64,000 nt of DNA, taken from contig NC_045696.1 in NCBI RefSeq assembly GCF_009834535.1, positions 37,326,001 through 37,390,000 on the forward strand, given 5' to 3'. The notes under the pieces were generated by a model. The model saw only the letters and a list, made by a program, of their open reading frames with translations, had not been told where the DNA came from and made no database searches. Of this stretch, positions 39,510-51,625 are shown one piece after another. The DNA is from Camelus ferus. Its lineage: Eukaryota. Positions within the stretch are counted from its first letter, which is position 1. Every line of letters starts with the position of its first letter. Position numbers and translations under genes: made by a program.

Positions 39510-39720
39510 TTAAGGTAATCTTGCACCAAGTAAGAGTAGCTCGGTTCTACTGTTCACTTATTGTGCTCAGTCATGGTTAGAAGTGGCCTTGGGGGGAGCA
39601 TGTCCTCAGGAACACCCAGTAAATACAATGTGCTAAGCTAGAGAATGTGAATTAGCTATGTTACCTATGTTAGCATCTCTTGAAGTCAGATCCGAGAGAT
39701 GAATCTCCGTGACTATTGTG
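39510..39720 (-). mobile_element. ERVL-class LTR fragment (LTR16/LTR33-like)
   Basis: tgtgctcagtcatggttagaagtggccttggggggagcatg is typical of old ERVL LTRs. Confidence 0.5.
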
Positions 39721-39849
39721 TAATCAAGAAAGCTCTCTCTAGAGAATTAACATCTGATCAGTGTCTAAAATAAGAAGGGATCAGTAATTGACTGACCTGA
39801 GCTGGTCATTTTCTCTCTTCAATGTATCAAAAGCACTTAACTGTGAACA

Positions 39850-41418
39850 TCAATTCCAACATCTTTATAATTATTATTTCCCCTCTGTACCTCAAATGCC
39901 AAAATACTGAGTCATGCAGGGCATCCCTTTCCATGTATATTCCTTCACAATTCACCACCTTTGCAAGGTATCATCTCCATGCTGGTGCCCCAGCAGCACC
40001 ATTAACTGGGCTATACCAGGAGAGCAGCATCTGCATAATACAGGATGTAGTAGAAGCAGTGGAACTCATGGTCATATGCTCTCCAGTTCTTTTGCCATTA
40101 AATGGTTCCAAGGGATTCAGGTGATGTTAGGCAGGATCCTAAAGGTCAGACATGACCTCTTGGCTCTGTTTTCCAAAAATGAAATCATGCCCACCTTGCC
40201 TCTAAAACTGAAATACTGCCACCTATCTCCTTCCACTCAGAAATCGTATTATCCCCAAATATAACTGGGAGCCCATTTCCACAACAGTATTGCCAGCATC
40301 ACTGTAGAGAGAACATCCATCATGAAGGCCCTTTATGATATCAGTTCCCCTCTTAACTAGGTTTTCATTGTAGCCATTGTAAATGCAGGTTTAACCAGTC
40401 TTGTCTAGGAACACACACAGCAGATGGTTTCCTGTGTCTCCAAGACTTTGTTCCCTTGCGCCACTCTCTGCCTCTGCTCTCTTCTGCAAGCATCATTTTG
40501 CTTAATGTGGGCCACTGCTACTTCCTTAGTTGCCAGAGTGAATTCCAGCAGTGTGTCAGAACTGGATCTAAGGATCCTTCTAGTGCATTAAATCCCAAGT
40601 CACAGGAAAGAGCTCAGATACTAACAAAAACCATTATCCAGTTTTAAAGTACACACACACACACACATCTCATTCAGCATGCTTAAATTTTTGACTCCCA
40701 GTTTGGTTACATAGCGACTTGACCGTAACTATTGGTCTGCTGGCAATGAAAGGAGGTAGGGAAGATCCTAAGAAGAGCAAGAACTGTTCTCCCAATAAAG
40801 CACATCAGGTAAGATCTCCTCATAATCTTTAAGCAAAGGATTGTAGGAATCCTCTAATAATGGGCACCTAGGCATTCGAGGATTCTGGTACATCTATCCA
40901 AATCTCATGTCTTCCTCCTTTCCTGTCATGGTGTTGACTGTGGCATAGCAGATGTGCCTAGGCTGAGAATTCAGACATCTCTAAATTTCTACCATTATAC
41001 AATTACGCCCTATGCCTGACATCCAGCCATCTTCACCCTCTAGCTGCAGGAGATAAGGGTCTCAAAAACCTGCCAAGAAAGAAGGCATTCTGATATTCAC
41101 AGATCGCTTTAAGTTGTTGATTAATGGATCTGAGACTATCACTTTCTCAGATTAATCATTGGTACTTAGCAATAGCCATACAATTCTACTGTTCTTATGA
41201 CTGCTGTTTCTCTCATATCTCAAAAATCTGACACTGCACTGCCAATGCATCCTCTTTTTATTGTATCCTATTCCAGGCGATCATAGATGAGATCTTGGCA
41301 ATTATACTCCTAGAGCATTCCAAGGTCAATCCTCCATTTGCAACCAGTTATGAGATCCTCATTACCATCCAGAATCACATTTTCAGGGGCTATTTCCTAT
41401 AATGGTTCCTGGCACACA
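39850..41418 (-). mobile_element. Ancient ERVL-type internal region (leader/gag-like), degraded
   Basis: Adjacent to the LTR; ccagaatcacattttcaggggctatttcct...tcctggcac resembles an antisense ERVL leader/PBS; no intact ORF. Confidence 0.55.
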
Positions 41419-41893
41419 GTGTCCTAGGACAAGTTTCCTAGAAGCAGAATCTAATATGGAGTTTTGTTTTGTTTTGTTTTGTTTTTCCCTTTTCCCAAGT
41501 AGCTTACTGGGGAAAAGCTCTCAGGAGCAGGGGAAAAAGTCATGCAACAAAGGTCTGGAGACAAATTTTAAGCAACAATGTCATCTCAGCCGAAGAGTAG
41601 TTTCAGTCTGATCCCAGGTGTTAGCTGTAGAGTATAAACTGCAGCAAAAAGTCAATGGCACCTTGCAACAGGTTATAGTGAACACACACCAGTAAGTCAC
41701 CGGCCAAGGTCTGCCCTCAAAACGGGAGGGGTCAGGTGGGATAGAACGACTGCTGAGGTGGCTGTTGCTTGTCTGAGAGCAATTTTTTGGAGAGGACAGA
41801 AGATCTGCTAAACATAAGCCTCAAAGAGCTAGAAGACAGATGCACTAGCTGGCTAAAGGGACCTGGAGGAACACACTCAGCATCCACTACTAT
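41419..41893 (-). mobile_element. LTR16-like ERVL LTR
   Basis: aagtttcctagaagcaga...gctctcaggag...tcagtctgatccca...ctaaagggacctgga...cagcatccactac; similar to 48371-48790. Confidence 0.7.
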
Positions 41894-42950
41894 GTGAATG
41901 TGACTGGTCACTAAATTGTAAGATCATTTTTGTGAGGAATGATACTCTTTCAATTATTTTAAGCCCTTGACACAATTAACGATACTGTGTCTTATATATG
42001 GCAGGTCAATTATATTTAAAAGGGGGAAAAAGAAGAAGAAGAAGAAAAAAGAAAAGTGTAGATTTTTTAACTATAGAAGTGTAGAATAAAGTTGAGTTGA
42101 GCTTAATAGAGTGCAAGAGTATGATGACTTATAGAGATTATGTGTAATCTTTTTACACTTTTATTCTCAAGACGTTTTTGGTGAGTTACCAATTTCCCCC
42201 TAAAAAAAATGTATGCCATGATTCATAGGAGATGCATGGTCTCAACCTAAAACTGTGTATTTTACACTAGGTATTTATTGAAATGACTCTTTTATGGAAA
42301 TCAATTAAAATGAAAAGTGCTCATTAATATTCATTTGCTACAGGGAATTTAAATGACGAGATGGAAGCATCATAGCAACTACTCTAACCACAGAGACAGT
42401 CTTGGATCAGCTACTTAGATCTAAAGTCTCAAAAGTCACAAGTCTGTCATCATCTCCAATACTATGTATATGGCCTGCAGCACCAAAATGGGAAGAAACT
42501 AAGAAAACACTGGTGGTGGTAATCTCAAACACCAACTACAGTGCAGCAAGGCTGCTAATAATTTGCTGTGGATAAAAGAGAAATGGCTTTCCTGAACTCA
42601 GCTCACTTTAATCAAATAAGTAATCTGCAGAATTATTCAGTGAGATATCCTACTACCAATCTATAATTTATTCAGCAAGATACCTTATTTTACCACACAT
42701 AGATTCAGGGGAAAACACATTTCTAAGATTATTGGGAAAACACATTTCCTGAAGTTTTAGATTATCTTGGATTTATTCTGATATTTCATAAGTTTTATGC
42801 ATACTATTTATTTCTCAGCAGTTAGTCTAATGAATAAGATTTGGGCCCTGTTTTAGTTACTGACCTTTAAGAAGGGAAGCCATATCAACAAAATATATGG
42901 GGTAGGGGTAAAGAGAAAGTGAAATTTGTGTGGCAGCTGTGTGGGAGTTG

Positions 42951-42965
42951 TTTTTTTTTTTATTC

Positions 42966-42988
<23 letters not shown>
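42951..42988. repeat. Poly-T tract
   Basis: ~38-bp T-run with a short interruption. Confidence 0.9.
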
Positions 42989-42997
<9 letters not shown>

Positions 42998-43299
42998 ACT
43001 ATAGTTTCACATACAGGTGATGGAAAACAAAACAGAACTATCTGATCCGGCCAAGTTCAATGATAGATCAAAAAAAGACAGAGAGAGAAAAATAACAGCT
43101 AATAAACATCAATTTCAAATATGTATCTGGAATAACAAAAAGAGATAACACTGTCAAAAGGAAAAACAGTAAACATAGTGTCCACACTCACAGAATATCA
43201 AAGTCTTAAATTTCCAATAAATAACATAGCAACCTAGTAACATGTTCTATATACTGTGAAGAATGATATTGGTACAAGAACGACAGCAAAAGTAAAATC

Positions 43300-44005
43300 A
43301 TCCTTAGCTGGACTATTTAAAAATGCCACATTATCATTTCCCACTATGTTGCACTGAGAACAGGAGACAATCAATTTTGAGAGATTTCTGCCAAACTGCA
43401 TAACCTGAATCTAATCTTGAGTGTATACCAGACAAAGCCAAATCAGGGGAAAAATTTTACAGAGCTGGCCTATAATTCTATCAAATAATTGGACTGTAAT
43501 TTTCAAAGAAGTCAAGGTTTTGAAAGGCTAAGAAAATTTGAGAAATTGTTCCATATTAAAACAAGCTAAAGAGACATGACAACTAAATTCAACATGTTCC
43601 ACTGAATTGGATTCTGGACTAAAAGTAAAAAAAAAAAAAAAAAAATGCAAGAAAGAGCGTTATTAGAATAATTTGTTACATATGAATAATGTCTTAATGA
43701 TTAGATAAAAGCATTGTATCAGAATTAATTTTCTGATTTTGATAACTGTATCATGGATATAGAAGAAAACATTCTTGTTTTTAGTAAATGCAAACTAATC
43801 TTTTTAGGGGAGTGAGGTATCAACCTATTCTCAAACAGCTGATCAAATAATAATATGTATGTATATACAGAGAGAAAATGACAAAGCAAATGTGGTAAAA
43901 TGCTAACATTGGGGGAACTTTTATTAAGATTTTATAAATTTTGGGGGTATTTTTCTCGCAGATTTTCTCAAAGTCTGAAATTATCTCAAAACAAAGGGTT
44001 TAAAT
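43300..44005 (+). mobile_element. L1MC4/L1MC5-like 3' region
   Basis: gcataacctgaatctaatc...ctaaagagacatgacaactaaattcaacatg...tgattttgataactgta...gcaaatgtggtaaaatgctaaca. Confidence 0.8.
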
Positions 44006-46153
44006 AGAAATTGATACCACAAAAAGTCTTAATAGGACAAACAAAACTTAATTTAAATGTAAAGAGGTTTTATGTATTTTCGCTGAAATACACTAATTAT
44101 ATAATAATCTTAACCAAATAGCTTTTTGAAACTTTTAATTGTATAAAGCACTTTGATACCAGTGGATGTAATAGCATAGGAATGTAAGAAATAAATGGTG
44201 GTAAACAGAAGAAAAATCTGCTTCAGAACACTAATATGATCACATGCCAAATCATAATCTTACTATTTCATTTCTCTCCTAGAGGACAGACTTCTTCAAG
44301 CTGATACTGGTATTTCATATGCGTGAATTATACAAGCAGAGTTGCAGGTGCAGTTATGTTTGTTGGGGTTAAAATTTCTCTGCACTTTTCCGTGATTAAC
44401 TAGTACTAATTTAATACAATTGGGGAATTTAGGCCTCATTTTTAACTAACACCAATTAAGATAATTGTACTGTGCAGATAAATTCACTTTTTGGTTATGA
44501 TATGATGAATCATCCATTTTATCTTCATTTCTACTCTTGCAATGTTTGAGTTGTGTCACTCTGCACTGTATAGATGTTTCTCCTTAGTTTCAGTTCAGTG
44601 GTGAGTACAGTGATTTAAGCATCTATCAAACATTGTGTGTCTGTCACACAGGGAAACTGCTCAACAGCCAATTCATGAATTACAGTTCTGAACCTTCAAC
44701 AGTCACAAACTATCAAAACTTCCAAACTGGTACAGGAAAACTTTTATTTTTTTAAACAGTCCTTTTCCTAAGGTTAGGTGAAGCACAGAAACACGATTTT
44801 TTTTTTATTACACTGAGTTATGATGATGACATATGCTATCAACTTTTGTTATTATTATTGTATCTTAGGAGTAAAGAAGTAAATGCTGGTATTGTTTAAA
44901 ATAAGCTAAATAAAGTAATTTTAAGAGGTTAAGATTTCACTGCCTTGAATAGTATCAGGTAAGTAAAATATACCATGAGCTGTTACTCAAAAAGCATCTT
45001 ACAAACATCATCTAAACTAACTGCAGTTTTAAAAGTCATCAATTGTATTCTATATATGACAAATAATTTTAGATAAAAAGTAAACCTGTAAAATTAGAAG
45101 TTGTTTGAAGAACTACTTCTGCAGATCTTTCTAAATGTCAAAGAATTAAGCTCATGTAGTTTACAATACAATTACACTGCTTAGAAACTTTATAAGGTAT
45201 ATTTTCCAATATGTTACAATATGTACCTACTATAAATAAGTCCTGTACCATACCAGTCATTCTGGATGCCTCACAACATCATTTAAATCTGGTTCCATAC
45301 GGTTCTTACTGATTTTATTTTTTCCGTGTTCAATGTTCACTACGTGGCATTTTTAAGATATTATAATACTAATATTATTCCAGGCTGATTAAAGGTAAAA
45401 ATAATGATTTAACTATTAACCATTTAATAGTTAATAACTATTTAAGAAGCATCAAACAGAAAACCATACACCTTGAAGTCCATCTCATACAAAAATTTCA
45501 GATTCTCACTATTCTCAGCTTGGTCTAATGAAAATATCACTGAGAAGGCTGAGAAGTCCTAAATCTACAATAAACAAACTATTCAAGCAAATAAGCACAG
45601 TATTTCAACCTTAGGATTTCTGCATCCTGATTTTTACAATAAAGGGGTTAGATTAGATGAAACAAAAAAGTCTCTTCCATATAAAAATATCCTCCATTTT
45701 TCTCTTTGTGAAAACAAAGAAACTTGATCTGTCTCTTCTTGCTAAAGAGTAGTTATACATTATTTTTGTTAAGTTCTTAATTAATATTAGTTTTACAATG
45801 TTTCTGGATTCATGTACATTTATGTCATTTTGGCCTATTGTAAGAACTCAAAATAACAATAACCTTAATTTTGAAAACCAAATTTTCCATAGTCTTGTAT
45901 CCAAAATAGCAAACTTTAAATCACAAAGGAAAACAAAATGTAATTAATCTCTAAGTTATTATAATCTCCTTTAGCATATTTTGACTAAATTTACTTGAGG
46001 AATGGTCATGCTACACTGTACAACTTTTCCAAGTGATTTAGCACTAACATGGAGCAATATGGCAAAACAGCAAGAATTGTACTAGTTTGGAAAGGACCAA
46101 TGGAGATTGAATATAAAAAGGCGCATTTAAGTGTAGGATTTGACAAGTGTAAG

Positions 46154-46326
46154 ATTTCATCTATAGGCTCTTTTATCTCACTAACAGCAGCAATATACAT
46201 AATTTTCATCCTGTAAGAAGCATTTGCATCCAAACAAGAGGTTTCGACAATGTCAACCTAGAATGATTACACGGATGCGCTCCACCATATCATACATTTC
46301 AGGAGCCCACTTATATTAATCTAAAA
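46154..46326 (+). pseudogene. COX1: Mitochondrial COX1 C-terminal pseudogene fragment
   Basis: Mitochondrial code: ISSMGSFISLTA...EAFASK...[24 protein letters not shown]; premature TAA and a short deletion. Confidence 0.95.
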
Positions 46327-46397
46327 GAAAGGACGGAATCGAAACCTCTCCAAATGGTTTTAAGCCAACCCCCCATAAGAACTATGCCTTTCTAAAT
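46325..46397 (-). pseudogene. trnS: Mitochondrial tRNA-Ser(UCN) pseudogene
   Basis: aagaaaggacggaatcgaaacc...tggttttaagccaa (canonical tggtttcaagccaa); anticodon altered. Confidence 0.9.
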
Positions 46398-46400
46398 AAA

Positions 46401-46468
46401 GAGATATTAGTAAAAATTTAGGTAACTTTGTAACAATTAAATCATAAGTGAAAATCCTGTGTATCTCT
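46401..46468 (+). pseudogene. trnD: Mitochondrial tRNA-Asp pseudogene
   Basis: gagatattagtaaaa...taactttgta(canonical gtc)...tatctct, directly before the COX2 ATG. Confidence 0.9.
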
Positions 46469-47098
46469 ATGGCATATCATTTTCAAGTAGGCTTACAAGA
46501 CACAACATCACCCATTATAGAATGATCGCTACATTTTCATGACCACACACTGGTAATTGTATTCTTAATTGGCTCCTTAGTTCTATATATTATTTTGCTT
46601 ATACTAACAACCAAGTTAACACATACAAGCACCATAAATGCACAAGAGGTTGAGACAATTTGAATAATCTGACAGCTATCATCCTCATTTTAATTGCCTT
46701 ACCATCACTATGAATCCTTTATATGATAGATGAAATTAATAACCCCTCCTTAACTATAAAAACAATAGGTCACCAGTGACATTTAAGCTATGAATATACG
46801 GACTCCAAGGATCTGAACTTCGACTCTTACATAATTCCAACATCAGATTTAAAACCAGGTGAGCTGCAACTATTAGAAGTAGGCAAGCAAGTAGTGCTAC
46901 CAATAGAAGTAACGATTCAAATGCTGGTTTCAGCTGAAGATGTGTTACATTCATGAGTAGTACCATCATTAGGATTAAAAACAGATGCAGTTCCTAGAAG
47001 CTTAAATCAAACAACACTGATCAACACAACCAGGCTTATATTATGGACAATGCTCAGACATTTGCAGATCAAACCACAGCTTCATGCCAATTGTCCTA
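46469..47098 (+). pseudogene. COX2: Mitochondrial COX2 pseudogene, 3'-truncated and frameshifted
   Basis: [62 protein letters not shown]...EDVLHSW...[19 protein letters not shown]. Confidence 0.97.
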
Positions 47099-48370
47099 CC
47101 ACTCAAGCCTTGCCCCTACACCTGAATTAGGTAGATGCTGGCCTCCACCTATATCAGATAACATGTATAATTCCCCTAGTCTCAGCTAAGTCCCAGCTGC
47201 TCAGCTAGAAAAAGTAAATAACTGCCTGATATTTCATCTATTGGATATAGTGATATTCAATCAGCTAATACTGAAAAAATACATTTTAAATAGCAAATCA
47301 CAACAAAAATGCAAAATATTAAAGTTTCCTCTTGAGAAAAAAATTCTTTATTCAGACTGTAATGTTTGCTTTCCAGAAATACAGCTATTTGATTGTTTAA
47401 CATATGTATATCTGAAAACATTTATTGTAAATAATGCTCAAAGTTTTCGATACCATTTGCTGTCACTTTTTTGTGTGTTTGCTATCACTCACCATTATCT
47501 GCCTCATAGTAATAAATGTTATCACCTTCTGTAGCTTGGTTCAATTTTATTTTCATTTAAACCTTCATCTGGTGTCTATTTACATAATAAACGAATTAGA
47601 ATATTAGAAAAATCTATCTGATTATGATAAACCTTTGAATAAAATAAAGGTTGGTTTAAAAATTAGTGAAAAGTAGGGAATTCTGTTTTTTTCCAGTTTC
47701 ATCTGAATTAAGGTATTTCAACAGACCAAGCTGTTTGTAAGGAGAGCAGGGCTGTGAGCATGATCCTCAGCTGTCATCAATTGGGCTGAACTCAACTACC
47801 TTTTCTGGTCTTTTGTTTTCATTTCACATAGATTACTTTAGTAAAGTTCTTTGTTCTCTTCTGTCAGGTCTTTCTGGGTCTAGTGGTTCTCTGTGTTATG
47901 TTTGGTTTACTCTTACATGCACAGAGAACAGTGATTCCTACTCCATGCTGTGATTGACAGAACTCTGAGGTTGCCTGGGATCAACACCCCTTACTTATTG
48001 CCCCTGGGTGCGAAAGAATCATTCTTTTAAAGGAGATGTACATACCTCAGAAACTCTGGAAGGCTACCCAACGTCCTGTACTGTTACCACAGAGCCACTT
48101 CTTACTGGAATCTTGCACCTTTCTAAACATACACACAAACCCCTCTGTTTTTGAAAGAGATTCTTCAGATCTCTTGGAGATTAGGTCTCTGTTTCTCCTT
48201 AGGGTTTAACACCTTGAAACAGCAGGCATAAGCCCCCTTCTCACAGAAAGACCAAATTCTAACTGCTCTTGCTTCCTTTCTGAGCCTTTTTCCTCCTTTT
48301 CACATGGGGAGTCTCTGTACAGTGTCTGGGGTTCCCACATACGTAAGGGCCCTACCCAGCTGAAATGTCA

Positions 48371-48790
48371 TGTATCTTAGGTCAGGTTCTCTAGGTGCAA
48401 AATATGTGACAGCGATTTTTTTTTTCATTTACTCAAGTGACTTTTTGAGGAGTGCTCTGAGAAGAGTGTGAGGGGTAAGGAAGGCAGGGCTGGCAGGGAA
48501 ACGCTAAGCAAGCGTGTGTCTCGTCTGTAGACCAGCTTCAGTCAGAAACCACAAAGAGGCTCTAGAACAAAAATTATGCATCAGTTTGTTCTACCTTGAG
48601 TCCAGCTCATTTGTTGAGTCCAGGGCGAGGGCGACGGCGACGGCGACAGCGCTCCCGTCCGTCTGCTGGAGGAGAAGAGCGGCAATGCTCCAGGCAGCAC
48701 AGCCATGAGTCGTCAGCAACCAACTTACAGAGCAGCTGGGGGAGTGGCCGCACCGACTCTTAAAGGGGCCCTGGGCGCCCACTACTGCAT
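48371..48790 (-). mobile_element. LTR16-like ERVL LTR
   Basis: tgtatcttaggtcaggttctctag...gagtgctct...cttcagtcaga...cagccatgagtcgtcagcaaccaac...taaaggggccctggg. Confidence 0.75.
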
Positions 48791-48811
48791 AGCTAATTAC
48801 GGTTAACCACC

Positions 48812-49170
48812 TCTTTGGCTGAGTTCCCCCTGAAAAAGACCCTGAGATACAGAGGTAGGTGCAGAAAATGTATTTTGAAGGTGACCCCAGAAAGCACCTA
48901 TGAGGCAATGAAGTGTGCGAGACAAGGAAAGGAAAGAAGACAACAGCCCACTCACGAGCAGATCAATAAATGGGCGGAGGGTTCCTTAACTCTCCTGGGG
49001 AGCTAACTCTCACTCTGGGTTAGTACCCACTTGCTGATGAACAAACTCTCAGTTCAAGAAAGTTCTCAGGAAAAGAGGAAACGGGATCTGTTTATGTGCT
49101 GGGGAAAACTCTATTAGTTTCCCATAAACTGCGGCGGGCTAGTTTACAGAAGCATCATTTGTACATGCTA
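48812..49170 (-). mobile_element. LTR33-like ERVL LTR
   Basis: gagttccccctgaaaaagaccctgagat...ggtgaccccagaaagcacc...gagacaaggaaagg. Confidence 0.6.
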
Positions 49171-50360
49171 CAGGACCCCTCGCAGGTCTGCTTCACACGT
49201 GTTACACATTGAGTCCTTGATGGAGAGCCTCGGTACTCATGCTCCCAGGTGATAGCTAGCAGCAACCTTTAAACAATTAGATAAAAAAGACGACCAAAAA
49301 AAAAAAAAACAAGCCTGTCCTATGACTATAGCTAGCTCCAAGACCATATTTTGCATCCATCATTTTCCTACTTTACTATTTTAAAGCCCCCTTTCCGTGG
49401 CCAGAATTCCACAGACTTAGGTACTTTCCCTGGTGAGGGGATTTAGGCCTCAATCCCTGAGGAATCTGACTTCCTGATTATACTGTTTTTATAACTCTAT
49501 GGTTACTTCAATTGCCCGTCCACTGTTATCACAAGGAATGGAATCACAATTAAGTGCCCCTAATAGTCCTTGAACTTCAGACAACATTTTCACTACCATG
49601 ATTATGCAGCAGCAACCTTAGCATATCAAATAAACAGTGTCCAATTAACTCTTCCCGGATAGGAAATCTGTCTTTGGGTTCTGACCCATTAGCATGAGGA
49701 GCCCACGGTGAAGAGGCGGGCGGTACAGTGTTTGGGGTACTGCAGTCCTTGCTGTGTTCTCTGGTCAAAGTATTCTGCCTCTGGGAATCAGGTTCTCTAA
49801 TTGCACAAACGAAAACTGTGCAAGTGAAAACCTCAAATTCCCCACGTGGATCAATGGAAATGATGAAGAGAAGGGGTATTCCTAGTTCCACTTTTTCGTT
49901 GCCAGGCTCATGCATTCTAGTTACTGGAAACAAAGCAGCTGCAACGTGAATAGGTGTTGGTTTAACATACATACCAGGGTATCCTATCTCCACATTGTAT
50001 ACTCATCAAGATGATGCTTTTTCTGAGTCTTTAAAAGGCCACCTCAAATCCAGCAGCTCAGCAGCTCTCAGGGGATATGCGCAGAAACAGCTGATCCCAT
50101 GATTATGCTCCCTTTGTTGTTTTCCCTTCACTATAAAGTGATTCCCTTGGTTTGAAGCCCTGTTATGTGTGATTCCACGACCTCAAGTCCTCAGAGAATG
50201 GTTGGCAAAGGCCTTGTGAACAACCAAGGCAAATTAACTTACAGAATGCTTGATAATCTTAGTAAATGAAAATTGTGGTTAATCATCCCCCTTATAAGAA
50301 AAAAGGAGTACAGTATATAATCAACTTGCCAGCATGTGACTGCTTGAGCCCCTTGAAAGA
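49170..50360 (-). mobile_element. ERVL internal remnant: integrase C-terminus, dUTPase and 3' region
   Basis: ORF 49577-49993(-): PVTRMHEPGNEKVELGIPLLFIISIDP resembles ERVL PIARIHGSRNQGVEMGVAPLTITPSDP; LRLLLHNHGSENVV resembles IGLLLHNGGKEEYV. Confidence 0.85.
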
Positions 50361-51319
50361 TACTAATATATTGATGGATAGGGGTTCAGGGAAATAACTT
50401 CAAGATGGGCCTGAGGATCACTGTATTCAAAGTAAAAGAATGTGGGCTGCAATAATATGTGTGACCTGGTCTCCAAATGGCTGTACTCCAAAAGGGCCAT
50501 GGTAGCATTTTTGGTCTTAAATCCTCAAAAGACCAAGGTATTCCCCTTCCTCAATGTTTGGTTACTCTGGTAAATAACTGTATGACCTTTTTTGGTAAAA
50601 ATTGGGAGAAATATAGATATGTATACACACACACATAAATACACATACTTGTTGTGGCACTGCAGATTCTTCCCCAGAGGGACAGATCTCTTCAATTGAT
50701 GACCTGTGGGTTTAAGAACAAGCTCAATATTTGAACTGAGTGAGCAACTGTGAGTTTTCCATATTCTTGTTTATTATAATATATTTCAGTTATTTCTTTT
50801 ATAATTTTTATGGAGACATTTCATCTACAAAAATAAATTTCTTATTTCTTATTTTCAATAGTTTGTAATTGGATTTGCCTGAAACTACAGAATAATACTT
50901 TCTCTCTTCAAAACTTTAATTATGTAGCTTGTTATAGTTGAATATTGACACATTATTATCATATAGAATGCACTGAATTGTGGCTGCATTCAGACTTAAT
51001 CAAAAATGGGTGTTGAGTAGAATAAAGTACTTCTTCATGATCTATCAAGATAATCATGTAATTTTCAGCTTAAAATTGAACAATTTATTTGGAATGTATT
51101 TGATTTGAGGTGGTTTCATTCTAGTGGGAGATTGTTTTGATTCATGCGATGAACACATTGCCCAATAACTTACTCAAAATTGATTAGAAATTAATTAATT
51201 TCATAATAACTGTAAAATCATACAAAATTTGCAAGACATAACAATAGTGTTCCAAAAATTACTACCACCACCACCATTACCCTCCCCCCAAAAGGAAGAA
51301 TATGAAAAAGAGAAATGTT

Positions 51320-51625
51320 TTTAAGGGTACAAACATCTGGTTATAAGATGAATAAATATTAGGGATGTCATGTACACCATGGTGATTACAGTTAACAACA
51401 TTGCATTACATATTTGAAAGTTATTAAGAGAGTAGATGTTAAAAGGCCTCACCACACACACACACACACACACACAATTTTAACTATGTAAGATGGTGAA
51501 TTCGTTAACTAACCATATTGTGGTAATCATTTAGCAATATATACATATATCAAATCATTATATTATATATCTTAAACTTATACAATGTTATATGTCAATT
51601 ATATCTCAATAAAATTGAAAAAAAG
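51320..51625 (+). mobile_element. L1MA9-like 3' end
   Basis: aagggtacaaac...ttataagatgaataa...(CA)n...tgtggtaatcatt...tgtcaattatatctcaataaaattg. Confidence 0.9.

Larger units (their letters stand above)
46154..47098 (+). pseudogene. NUMT: nuclear copy of mtDNA (COX1 3' end - tRNA-Ser(UCN) - tRNA-Asp - COX2)
   Basis: Exact vertebrate mitochondrial gene order; recognisable peptides in the mitochondrial code; indels and stops. Confidence 0.97.

Noticed and set aside
42340..42540. Possible exon after tttgctacag
   Set aside because: Stops in all three frames shortly after the acceptor; no supported donor.
42709..42749. gggaaaacacatttc repeated twice with a short spacer
   Set aside because: Only two copies; a local micro-duplication, not an array.
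45410..45433. 10-bp AT-rich hairpin taactattaa-ccat-ttaatagtta
   Set aside because: Short and low-complexity; plausible by chance in 64 kb of AT-rich DNA.
46754..46969. 71-aa hydrophobic minus-strand ORF
   Set aside because: Antisense reading of the COX2 NUMT.
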